Of a DNA stretch of 64,000 nt, positions 41,800-52,700 are shown in pieces; position 1 is the stretch's first letter; each line of letters opens with the position of its first letter. Location: positions 84,002 to 148,001 of the forward strand of contig NW_005434558.1 of NCBI RefSeq assembly GCF_000315625.1, written 5' to 3'. Made by a program: the position numbers and the translations under genes. The stretch is from Guillardia theta CCMP2712. Lineage: Eukaryota; Protista; Cryptophyta. The notes beneath the pieces are model-generated. The model saw nothing but the letters and a program-made list of their open reading frames with translations, was not told where the DNA came from and did no database searches.

Positions 41800-43808
41800 A
41801 TCATCCATATCAGGCTTTTAGCCCTTCCTCCTCCATCCCTTCCCTCATCTGACCTCATACCCATTCGGTGCTCAGTGCTGCTTGACCCTGCCCTCGTCCT
41901 CTGCCGTCGACTATCGAGCCTGCCACAGGCAAGCAGCAAGAGGACAACCAGCTCGCCTGCGCTGAGAATGACCGGTGCTGCAAGCACGGCGAGGCCAGCG
42001 GATGACGTGTGGGGTGGCAGGAGGAGGCGACATGGCTTCGGGGGCGCCGAGGAGCAAGACATTCGAGAGACCATGTACGGAACAAGGACGGGGGGGGGAA
42101 GGGGGGAGGGTGGTGGGAGGGCAAGCGAGGGCGCTGACGGCGTGTGACAGTGATCGTCGGGGTGCTGGGATATCTGCAGCTGCTTCCCAGTAGGATGAGC
42201 GATGGAGCATGCGAGGGGGCTGACTGTGACGGCGTAACGCACCAGGAGCGACCGGACTGCGAGTGCTCAACGACAAGACGAGCGCGGGAAAAGCCGCGGG
42301 CGAGCAGGAGGGCGACCTGTCGGCTGCTCTGCGCCGGAGCATGACGACGCTGTACGGGAGGCATCTGTCAGGTATGGCGATAGGCTTGAGGGTGGTTGGG
42401 GATCCGGGCGGGCTGACAGAGGAGCAGAGGACGGGACCCAGCTCGACTACGGGGGGATGGCGGCGAGCGAAGAGTACGCGGGGTACAAGGCGCTGGCGGA
42501 AGGGCTGAGGGAGGTAGACACAAGGAGCATGGGAGAAGAGGAGCGGGTAGCCTTCTTCATCAACGTGTACAACTGCCTTGTGATCGACGCGATCATCTCT
42601 CTCGGGGAGCCCAAGGACCTGCTGTCGCGGCTGAGGATGTATGCGGAAGCCGCTTACAACATCGGGGGGGCGAACTTCTCCCTCAACGACATCGAGAACG
42701 GGGTGCTGAGAGGGAACCAGGTGATCGCCCATGCTGCATGCTTGGTGTACCGTGGTGCTGGAGGCGGCTGGGGGCTTGTGAGTCAGGGCGCCGTTGCGGG
42801 CTTGGTGTGGGAGTTGGCGTGGGAGAGGTCTAAGTCGTGCGCTCCTACCAGAGTCCGCCGACCATCAACCCCTTCGCTCAGGTGGGGCAGGGCAGTGGGG
42901 GAGGAAAGCGCGAGGCTGACTGGGAGGATGCAGAAGCCTTTCGGGGAGGGAGACGCCCGTGCGGGCATTGCGTGCAAGAAGCCAGGTAGAGAGAGTGCGA
43001 GGAGGGTCGAGGAGGGGGTACTAGGGGTACACGGAGGGAGCAAGAGGCAGGCAAAGAGGAGGGGTGGGGTGGGGGTGTCGGGGGCATGGCTGCTTTGGGA
43101 GAGGAGGTGACGGCTGTCACAACAGACCCCCGGATCCACTTCGCGCTCAACTGCGGGGCTAGAGGATGCCCGCCGATCAGGTTCTACCGAGGCGAAGAGC
43201 TGGACGCGATGCTGGACAAGGCGGCGAGGTCTTTCTGCAAGTCGATAGAGGTGAGCCGGGCTCCATGGCGAGGCAGGGGAGACGAGACTGGGAGGAGGCC
43301 TGAGGGGGAGCGGGAGAGGTGGAGATCAGGGAAGCGAGGGGTGATGACAGCTGACTGGGGGGATGCGATGGCAGGTGGACCAAGACAAGGGAGTGGTGTA
43401 CATGTCTCAGATATTCAAATGGTGCCTCGAGCCTGTCGGGGACTGGTACCAACTCGTTGCTTGGCAGGTATGAGAACGACTTCCAGTCAGACTCGACCGA
43501 CAAGCCTCCCGTTTCCACCTTGAGGTGTTTCTTGATACCAGCTGCCTGGCCTGGAAGCGCAAGCTGACGGCATCTGCTCTACTGTGACCGCTTAGGTTTG
43601 TCGAGAAGTACCTGGACGAGGATAAGAAGGATGCTCTCTCTCGCTTCCTCGAGTCTGGCAAGGTGGAGTATGCTTTCCTTCTGTTGTACTGTTCATCTCT
43701 GGCGCTGCTTCTACTTTGATCTCATCAGATCGTGCTCTGTGTGACATCCTGCAAAGGTTCCGGAGTTGAAATTTCAACCGTATGACTGGGGCCTTAACTC
43801 GAAGTGAA
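41800..43808 (+). CDS. DUF547-domain protein, copy 1 (spliced; start uncertain)
   Basis: ERVAFFINVYNCLVIDAII, YNIGG.NFSLNDIENGVLRGN, DPRIHFALNCGARGCPPIRFY, MSQIFKWY..DF; last exon ...QPYDWGLNSK*. Confidence 0.88.
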
Positions 43809-43841
43809 GTTGAACTTCTTCCTCAAGCCTCGCAGGATCCC

Positions 43842-45065
43842 TTACTGCATCCACTCCTTCACAACCTTGACGACTTCTGTCGGTTTCGTCAAGTGCGCGT
43901 AGTGAGCCCCTCCCGCCATCGTCGCTACTGTCAACCCCTTCGCCTGGCGGTAACGACACAAGAGCATGTACATGGAGACTATCCTGGCGCTGAAAGAAGC
44001 CTTCTCTGTGAAATTGATCCGTTTAGGGGCCCCCCGTATGACGGAGAAGATTCGTGTGACCCAGTATGCCAGAAAGACAAGGGTGCACCATCGCCTCGAG
44101 AAGGGCTGAAGTCCGAAAAAGAAGGCCTGCTGGAACAGACCATCACGAGCAATGAGCACCAGGTGAGGGCAGCGGATCGACTTGAGAATCTCCAGCACAA
44201 GAGCCTCCGAGCAGCGCAACCTCGGCACCATGATCTGAGGGTCTGCGGTCCACACGTAGCCCTTCCCATCCTCCAAGGCCCTGGCTCCTCTCGACACCAG
44301 CACCATGGCATCTTTGGGTTCCATCACCCCGATCATGTTCTGCTTCGCCCTGCGCTGTGCGCATGCCTCCAAGCTCTCGTAGGGAGTCCACTGTCGGGAT
44401 CCTATCTTGGAGGAGCACATGGTTTTGAGAGCATCAAGCTGCTTCCTGCCTCCTTCCTGACTGTACCACCCGAACGACTCAAAGCCAACCACTTGAACAA
44501 CTCGCTCAGGAGCAGCAGCAGCGATGGCCTGGGCGACGCAGCCACCGAGAGAATGGCCCATGAGCGAGAAGTTCGACCATCCGAGGAGCTCAGCCACTTG
44601 CAGGACATCCGCTACATGGTCGATGTCATGGTAGAAGCTGCGATGGTCCGATAGTCCATGGCCAGCACAATCCAGGCAGACGATGGAAGATGCTCCAGCA
44701 GACAAGAGCATCGGAGCTATTCGGTCGAACGATGCTGCGTTGTCAGCCCAACCATGGAGAGCGATCCAGAGCTTGCTGGGGTCCGTCATCTTCGTGTCTC
44801 CCCACACTCTTGCTGCAACATTGAAATCCTTCCTGAGCTTGAAGAACTTCTCCTCGGCTGCCACCATCCTTGGGGCCAGCCCATTCCTACCCCTCGCACG
44901 GGATGCCTTGACACAGGGGTATCCATGTGGCTGTGAGGATGGCGTGCACCGGAGGTTGATGTTGAAGCAGTCAGCTTGGAATGCAGACAAGAGGACGGGG
45001 GGGAGGAGAAGGAAGAGGGGGAGGGGGAGACATCGACTGTCCCGCATCTCCTTCGCTAGCGTCAC
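43842..45065 (-). CDS. alpha/beta hydrolase (serine hydrolase-like) with predicted N-terminal targeting peptide
   Basis: IALHGWADNAASF, LDCAGHGLSDH, nucleophile elbow GHSLGG, C-terminal GGAHYAHL; intronless ORF. Confidence 0.9.
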   Translation of the reverse strand: MTLAKEMRDSRCLPLPLFLLLPPVLLSAFQADCFNINLRCTPSSQPHGYPCVKASRARGRNGLAPRMVAAEEKFFKLRKDFNVAARVWGDTKMTDPSKLWIALHGWADNAASFDRIAPMLLSAGASSIVCLDCAGHGLSDHRSFYHDIDHVADVLQVAELLGWSNFSLMGHSLGGCVAQAIAAAAPERVVQVVGFESFGWYSQEGGRKQLDALKTMCSSKIGSRQWTPYESLEACAQRRAKQNMIGVMEPKDAMVLVSRGARALEDGKGYVWTADPQIMVPRLRCSEALVLEILKSIRCPHLVLIARDGLFQQAFFFGLQPFSRRWCTLVFLAYWVTRIFSVIRGAPKRINFTEKASFSARIVSMYMLLCRYRQAKGLTVATMAGGAHYAHLTKPTEVVKVVKEWMQ

Positions 45066-45658
45066 TGGTGACTGCTGACCTTACCACGAGGCCATGGACC
45101 GTCTGACATTGTTGGGCCCGCCTCACTGGGAGGACAAGGAGACGGCGGCGTGGCCAGTGGGCCGCCGAGAGGGCCGCCGCCGGGCGGCGGGCCCTCAGCC
45201 GCGCCGTTCAAGTTCAACCGAATGACCCCGGCCACCAGGCGACACCCACCCCCGGGCCTGTCGTCGTCAGTCCGATCGGCCGGGTCACGTCACACGGCGA
45301 CCGTACGGCAGAACTGGAAGTCCGGCGCGGCCCACTGACTCATCAGCCGCATGACTCAGGCTCGCCCGGAGTGCAGTGCCCGCCGATAAAGAAGAGGCCC
45401 GATCGGACCGTACGGTCACTGCGGCACCGGGCACCGTGTGGCCACTGGCACTGACACTAATCAGAAAGCGCAAAGGTTTCACTCTGAGGCGGTTTGGACA
45501 AGTCGTTAATGATCCCTCTTGCCCTACCCCACCAACCCGCGCCTTTCCACCTCCCCCCACCTCCCGTCCTCTACTACCCCCCACTACATCCACCCGACCC
45601 CTCTACCCCTCCCCCCACCTCACCCTCGTTCTGTCCACAGACAGCCCCGCCGACGACC

Positions 45659-48600
45659 ATGTTCTCGCGATGTTGGCATTGCAAGGCAAGCGAGGAGCGA
45701 GGAGGCGCCTCTGTTGTTGTGCTTGTTGCATCGGATCTTCTGACTCGGTACTCATCAGATTCACATGGTTCCTGGCACCGGAGATCGCTCGAAATGCGTA
45801 CGATTGATTGATTCATCTTTGTTCGACACGTAACTCCTCTTTTTCCAAATGCGTCAAACCTGTTTTCACTCAAGGCGGTAAGCAAAGTTGTATCATTCTC
45901 AATAGAATATGCAAGGCAAAAATAATGTTGTGATCTTATGACTTGGGTTCGGAACGCCTTGTATGGATTGTTGATGGTCCTTCAGAGGGTGAGTAATGCG
46001 GAAGAGTACGATTGTAAAGGATGGGACTGACGGATATTGTTTTCAACTTTGATCATCGTTTGACGGGGCTGAGCGGGTGGATGAGGACAGCCGGTAAGAG
46101 AGGGAGAGAGAAGAGAGGAAAGAATAGGGAGTGACTCAGAGCATTTTCAACTTCGAAATTGACTTTGTCTCCTACGGTCTGGGGTGATGGGGCATGAGCA
46201 GCGGGTAAGAGAGAAGGGAGGGAGAGAAACGAGGATAGGGATTGACGGAGGGCGTTTGCAACTTGTATCGGAAATACTCTCTGGGAAAATTTTGGGATGT
46301 GGCGCTGGCATGAGCAGAAGGTAAGGAGCGAGAGGAAGAGACGGCGGGCTGACATTCGATGTTTGCAACTTCGATTGGGGATGGCCGGATGATGGTGGGG
46401 GACACGGTGCTTGACGAGGACAGCTGGTAAGTAACGGGCAGAAGAAGAGGGAGAGGGTGGAAGAGATGGAAATTGACGATGCGTGTTTGCAAATTTCATT
46501 GGGGATGGCTACATGATTGTTGGGCTTATGGTGGCAGTGGGTAAGTAATAAGAAGAGAAGAGATGGAGAGAAACATCGAAGCTGACGGATGATGTTTGCA
46601 ACTTTGATCGGAAATTGGTGGATGACTGCGGGTGGGGGGACGGGGGCTCTTGTGGGGAAAGCTTGTAAGTGACAGAGGTGGGGGAAAGGAACTGATGTTG
46701 TACGTTTGCCACTTCGATCGGGTACGGCTCCGGGGATGTGGGGGGACATGCGGCGCCGAAATAGTGGGTAAGTGACCAAGAGAGAGGAGGTAGGAAGTGA
46801 CTTTTGATGTTGCAACTCCCGACGGGGGCGCATGGGACGTTTTGTTGATCGATTGTTCTAGAGTGTAAGTAGAGAGAGAGATGAAGCAGAGAGGGGAGGA
46901 TGGGGGCTGACAGAGGGTGTTTGCAACTCTATTTCTCAATCATCGCATGACTTGTATAGCTGGTGAGTGACGAGGGGAGGAGGAGGAGGAGGAGGAGGAG
47001 GAGGAGAGAGAAACTGAAAGTACTGAACGTGGTTGCTTACAACCTTGGTTGGTGGTGATCTGGCCACTGATGGGGGGATCTGGGCCGCTGACGACGATAG
47101 ATGGTATGTAATCAGAGGATGGGAGAGAAAGCAATACACGAGGGCTGATGATGGATAAACTATCGGTGATGGCTTCGGTGCTTTGCGGGAATATGGGGCT
47201 GACGCGGACAGAGAGTAAGTGACGACGAGAGGAGGGGGCGGGAGAGAAGGATCTCTGCTGACGATGGATCTTTGCAACTTGAACCTGGGACGCTTTGGGG
47301 TGCGGTCAACGCTCTCATGGGAGTAGTGGGTGAGTCATGAGAGGGGAGGGGTTGCGAAACCGAAGGACAGGATCTGACGGTGGGTCTGTGCAACTTGGAT
47401 TGTGAATGGGCGAACGGGGGGCTGGAGGAGCTAGCTGGTGAGTGAGGAGGGAGTGCGAGGGAGAAGGAATAGGGGCTGACCGAGGGCCGTTGTTGGATCG
47501 GGGACGGCGGGGATGTTTGATGTGGACACGGTGACCTGCGAGGACAGTGGGTGAGTGACAAAGAGAGAGGAGAGTTGTGGGAACGAATATAGTCTGATGA
47601 TGGTTGGTTTCAACTCGGACTCGACTTGGAATTCTTGGATTCTCGTTTTCGATCCTTTAGGATGTAAGTTTCAAGGAGAGAGGAGGGAGGAGAAGATACT
47701 GACAAAGGAACTTTGCTTCTTGGATCGGGTGTTGGCTCGGGTTTGGGTTTGTCTTCTCAGCGGGTAAGTATCTAGGGGAGAGGATGGAAACGACATGGAC
47801 AAGGGCTGACCGATGGCCTTTGCATCTTGGATCGGGTATGGCCGGGGGCCTGGATCTAATGAGGATAGCTTGTAAGTAAGGAGGGAGAGGATAAAGAAGA
47901 GAAAAGATGTTGACTAATGCGATACCTTTTCAACTTGGATCTGGCGCACGATATACCAAACATCAATCATCTTTGATAGTTGGTGAGTGATGACAAGAGA
48001 AGAGGAGGAGGGAAGAGACGAAGGGAGCAAAGGAAGAACGAAAGGATTGGGACTGACTGGAGATTTCGCATTACAACTTGATTCGGTAAACCATGGGACT
48101 CTTGACAAGTGCAGTGGGTAAGATAAAACAACAGAGAGAGAGTGGAGGATGATAGGAGCTGACTGTGGGTCTATGCTATCTTGATGCGGCACTCATTACC
48201 TGGTCTCTACATCTGTTTGTATAGAGTGTGAGTATGGAGGAGAGACAAGGGTGGGATCGAGCAGATTAGCAAGCTGACGCTGCGTCTATGCAACTTCGAT
48301 CGGGGATCTGTCTCGTCGGCTGCTATGCGGGGCGGTGGGATCATCGGACCTTGGGCTTGCGGGCACAGCTGGTTAGTAACCAGGATAGCGGAGGAGTGGC
48401 TAGGCTAGGGGCTGACGGTGGATGGTTTGCAACTTCCATCGGCTGGGCTATGTGGAACACATATGGCATATGGGGACAGTGGGTAAGTGTCAAGGAGGGA
48501 GACACGGGGGGGGGGGGAAGGGAATAGGGAGCTGACGAAGGGTGTTTGAAACTTGGATCGGATCGGGGACGGCTGGGGCCATGGGGACTGACGAGGACAG

Positions 48601-51600
48601 CCTGTAAGTAGGGAGGAGGGAGGAGGGAGGAGGGAGGAGGGAGGAGGGAGGAGGATAGCGTGCTGACGGAGGATGTTTGCTTCTTGGATCGGGGACGCGG
48701 GGGCTTACGTGGACAGTGGGTGAGTGCGGAGCAGAGAGAGGGGGAGAGAGGAAGGATGGCGAGCTGACTGAGGACGTTTGAAACTTGGATCGGGGACTGG
48801 CGCTTGTGGTTTGGACACGGAACATGGGGCTATGAGGACAGCTTGTGAGTATAGAGGGGAGAGGATGTAGGAGGGCAGGGGCTGACGATGGTGTTTGCAA
48901 CTTGGATCGGGGGCGGTCGCACGGCAATGTTGGGGGCCGCTTGAGGATAGCTTGTGAGTATTGAGGAGAGAAGAAGGGAGCGAGGAGGGAAGGGACTGAC
49001 AGAGGGTGTTTGCATCATGGATCTGGGCCGACTTGTCATGGGGCTAACGGTGGTAGCTCGTAAGTGTGAGCACGATTCAAGGAAGAAAGGGGCTGACGAC
49101 GTATGTTTGCGACTTGTATCGGGGATGGGCGCGTCGGGGGACATGGGACTGACAGGGACAGCTTGTAAGTAACGAGGAGGGAGAAAGGGAGTCAGGAGAG
49201 TGCAAGCTGACAATGGATGTTTACACACTTTGATTGTGGACGAATCGATGATGGGTTGGATGTTTCGAATACGAGGACAGCTGGTACGTAAGGAGGAGAG
49301 GAGAAAGGAGAGAGAAGGAATGGCGCTTATTTTGGCGTTTCCAACTTGGGTCGGGGACTGACGCGTGGGCGGGGGACATTGGATGATAACATGGACAGTT
49401 GGTAAGTAAAGGAGAGGCGAGGAGACGAGACGAGACGAGACGAGACGAGACGAGACGAGAGGAGAGGAGAGGATAATGTAGGCTGACCATGACTGTTGGA
49501 TTTTGGATCGGGAACGACTGGATCACGGGCTGGGAATGGGCTACGAGAATAGCTGGTATGCAAGGAGGAGAGAGATGGAATAAGCTAAGCTAGCGGGAGC
49601 TGACGGAGGGTTCGCAATTTGCACGATCGGAACTATGGGGACGGGGACAATGCTTGATGGCGCGGACAGCTGGTGAGTAAAGGAGAGAGTAGAGAGGAAA
49701 GAAGAAGAGAGGATTTCTAATGATTTGATATTTACATCTTGGATCGGGAAATGCCGGCGTTGCGGGGAACTTGGGGTTTACGAGGATAGCCCAATGTAAG
49801 TATCGAGAAAGGAAAGTGGGAGAGGCAACGATAGGTTGACTGTTGGTGTTGCCAATTTGATTCGGGGCGGCTGGGGTGATGGAAACATGGACCGACATGG
49901 TTAGCTGGTATGTGATGAGGGGAGAGGGCGGAGAAAGAGAAGGATAGGAGCTTACATGAAATCTTCATAACTCGGCTTGGGATGGCACTTGGGTCGATAA
50001 ATTTGCATTGGGCTGACGAGGACAGCGGGTAAGTGGCGAGGAGAGAAGAGGCCTCAGATGGAAGGAAATTGACTGAGGGTTTTTGTTCAAATGGTACGGA
50101 ATCTTCGCAGTGCTGTGTAAGTTGTTCGTGTCTTGATATTCTGTCACTGTGATATTGATTTTTTGGGGGTTCGCTACCATGATGACAGCAAGTAAGTTCG
50201 TCGGCTGATCTTTGGCTATTCGTCTCCTTAGATTGCCTTTCAGTGCTCCAAGTGGAATTGGTTGCCGTTACAACTCCAGGTCTGTTGCCATACCGGTCTG
50301 CTCTATCAGCTGATGGATCCTGTTGGTAGCGAGGGTGCGACCAGTGTGAAGAACGGCAAAGTCAACAAATACCAAGGGCGAGGCAGGGAGTCGAGATTCG
50401 AAGCCAGCAGGGAACAAGTCAGAGCCAGAATGCAGCTGGTAAAAAATTGGATTGGAGAGAGAAAAAACTGTTGGAAGACAGGCAGAAATCAATCGACAGG
50501 GAAAGGGAGCATAAAAGGATAAACCAGGAAGAGGAAAGGCGGCGGCGGCAGCAACAGCCTTGGAAGCAGCAGCCGCCACAACGGCAGCCGCCGCCGCCGC
50601 CGCAAACACCGCCGCCGCCAACACCGCCAACACCGCCAATACCGCCGCTACAACAGCAGCAGGAGCAGCTGTGGTTGCAGCGGCTACTTAGTCAGCTGGT
50701 GCCGGAGCCGAGATTGGACGAGCGAAGGGATCACAACAACGTCATGCAGCAGGTCATCACTAACATCTCTAGAGCCTCGAAGTATCTTGACATTCCTTGT
50801 TTCAGCCCGATGCCATTCCATGGGTAGACTTTCGAGTCTTCAACATTGTGAAGTATTTCAACTCTGGTTCTTTCAAGACTGTGTTCCATGGTCAATGGAA
50901 GAAGTCTTGTGGATACACTGATGTTGCCATCCTTCAAATCAGAAACAGTAGAGCTGCTGGAAGAAGAGAGGAGTTCGAGCGGGAGGTGCAGACATTCAAG
51001 ACTCTGGGCCTTCATTCCAACCTCCTTCGACTCCTCGCCATCACCACCGAGCCGAAATCTGGTGACTTCTGCATGGTAACAGAGTTTGCTTCCATGGGTT
51101 CGTTGGACACACATTTGTCGGAACTTGCCGAAAGGAAGACGACGATCAGTCCGTTGGTGCAGCTGCAAGTGGCCATGCAGATTTGTGAAGGGATGGTACA
51201 GCTTGCCCTGTATGAGGTGGTGCATCGAGACCTCGCAGCAAGGAACGTGCTTGTCTTCAGTCTAGTCCCGCAGGATCACCTCAGGGTGAACGTCAAGATA
51301 GCCGACTATGGGCTGTCGATCATGGCCTCCCGCGGGTATGGAGAAGGAGCTGGGGGCGTGAGCACGGCAGGATCGACAATTCGACCAGTCCGATGGTTGG
51401 CACCAGAATGTATTCAGCGACGACGTTACTCGGAGAAGAGCGATGTGTGGGCGTTCGGCGTTACCCTATGGGAGGTGTGGACATACGCTAAAGTTCCGTT
51501 CTACAACACTTCAGATGAAGAAGTGGAACAGAAGGTGCTCACGGGCTCGCGACTTTCTCAGCCCCAGTCATGCCCTGATCAAGTATACAGCATCATGCAG

Positions 51601-51924
51601 GAATGCTGGAAGGAGAAGCAGTCAGACCGGCCAGAATTCAAAGATTTGAAGTTGAAGCTACAAGGGCAATATGATGAAGCCCTTAGAAGTCAAGCAATAG
51701 AGAGCGTCATGAAAGATAGCAACAGATGCAAGAGACCGCGAGAGGACGACGGAGCTGGAGAAGACGACGACAACATGTGCGTCATCTGCAATGAAAGAGA
51801 GCGCAGGTGGGCCTTCCTGCCCTGCGGTCACAGGTGCCTCTGCGATCTGTGCAATACCGCAGCGGCTACGAGGCTTTGTCCCATGTGTCGCGCGCCCCCT
51901 AGCAGCATGCACAGGATCTACTGA
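45659..51924 (+). CDS. micro-exon gene: Cys-rich/hydrophobic N-terminus built from 39 micro-exons, Q/P-rich linker, tyrosine-kinase-type domain, C-terminal RING-HC
   Basis: Model: 45659-45685 (MFSRCWHCK; GC donor), 45759-45797, 39 micro-exons 45875-50191, 50232-50279, 50330-50752, 50806-51924. All junctions are phase 0 and the frame stays open throughout. Confidence 0.7.
45875..50191 (+). repeat. tandem array of ~115-bp degenerate intron + micro-exon units
   Basis: Typical unit: GT(A/G)AGT - purine tract - GCTGAC - tttgcaacttggatcggg - G-rich - (ggac)AG|NNN|GT. Confidence 0.92.
50806..51924 (+). CDS. protein kinase exon with tyrosine-kinase signatures plus C3HC4 RING
   Basis: HRDLAARN, KIADYGLS, RPVRWLAPE, SDVWAFGVTLWE, CW...RP.F; RING CVIC...FLPCGHRCLCDLC.......CPMCR. 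Confidence 0.95.
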   Translation, partial: PDAIPWVDFRVFNIVKYFNSGSFKTVFHGQWKKSCGYTDVAILQIRNSRAAGRREEFEREVQTFKTLGLHSNLLRLLAITTEPKSGDFCMVTEFASMGSLDTHLSELAERKTTISPLVQLQVAMQICEGMVQLALYEVVHRDLAARNVLVFSLVPQDHLRVNVKIADYGLSIMASRGYGEGAGGVSTAGSTIRPVRWLAPECIQRRRYSEKSDVWAFGVTLWEVWTYAKVPFYNTSDEEVEQKVLTGSRLSQPQSCPDQVYSIMQECWKEKQSDRPEFKDLKLKLQGQYDEALRSQAIESVMKDSNRCKRPREDDGAGEDDDNMCVICNERERRWAFLPCGHRCLCDLCNTAAATRLCPMCRAPPSSMHRIY

Positions 51925-52700
51925 AGATATCGAATTTGTTGTCAAGCTCTCAACGTGAAGCAGCGAATTCACGGCAGGAAATGTTTTTTGGTATCCAACA
52001 AGCACGAGCAACAAGACGAGCATGAGCAGCAAGAATATTCTTAAATCACAAGCAATAAGGATGATAGTGCTTAGTCTAGTTCTTCCACATCGCTGTTTTG
52101 TTGTCGTTTCCTCCCGCTGTTTGTAGTTGTACAAGCTGAATCGAGGACGATACCAGAATTACCTCAAACCAGCTAAAACTTGCAGCCTATCAGTACGAGT
52201 CGATTGAAAGTGCCAGTCAAGTAAGCTATTGAGGCCCAGTAGTAGGCCGACTACCCCGCAAACTCCCACAGTGACGCTACTAGGCTAGGCCGCTCAGAAG
52301 CTCTCTTGTCCTCGGACTCGCCGGCCAGCCAGTGATGGGTCAGTCACTGTCGCCGGGCCCGACCGGGCCCGGTGCGGCCAGGCCTCAGTACCGTCGGAGG
52401 GAGATCCGTCCCTGCCATATTCCCCAGGCAGTAAAGAGAAAAGATAAGATGTAAACGGCTGTAAAGTCGGCTATGCTGTGATGATGCCTGCAGCGATCAA
52501 GCCTGAGTAATGTACCAACTGCGAGGCTGAGATAACAGAGAAGGAGATGAAGTGAGAAAACAAGTTGACACTGTCAACTCACCATGGCAGTGAGAGTAGC
52601 GGAAAGGAAAAATTACGAGCAAGATGCATTATAAACAGCGATGATATGAAATACTGCATAATGTGGAAAAATAGGCCAAAACAAATCATCATCCATACAT

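Noticed and set aside
46053-50180. Many minus-strand Pro/Ser-rich ORFs
   Set aside because: Antisense shadows of the purine-rich intron units.
45875-50191. CRISPR-like or satellite interpretation of the periodic array
   Set aside because: Repeats are degenerate and their conserved parts are spliceosomal signals. There are no identical direct repeats or cas genes, and the context is eukaryotic.
45875-50350. Alternative reading phases of the micro-exons (e.g. EAAEAVALESDEMAVG...)
   Set aside because: One phase has a TGA within the array. The other is open through the array but stops shortly after 50330. Only phase 0 reaches the kinase.
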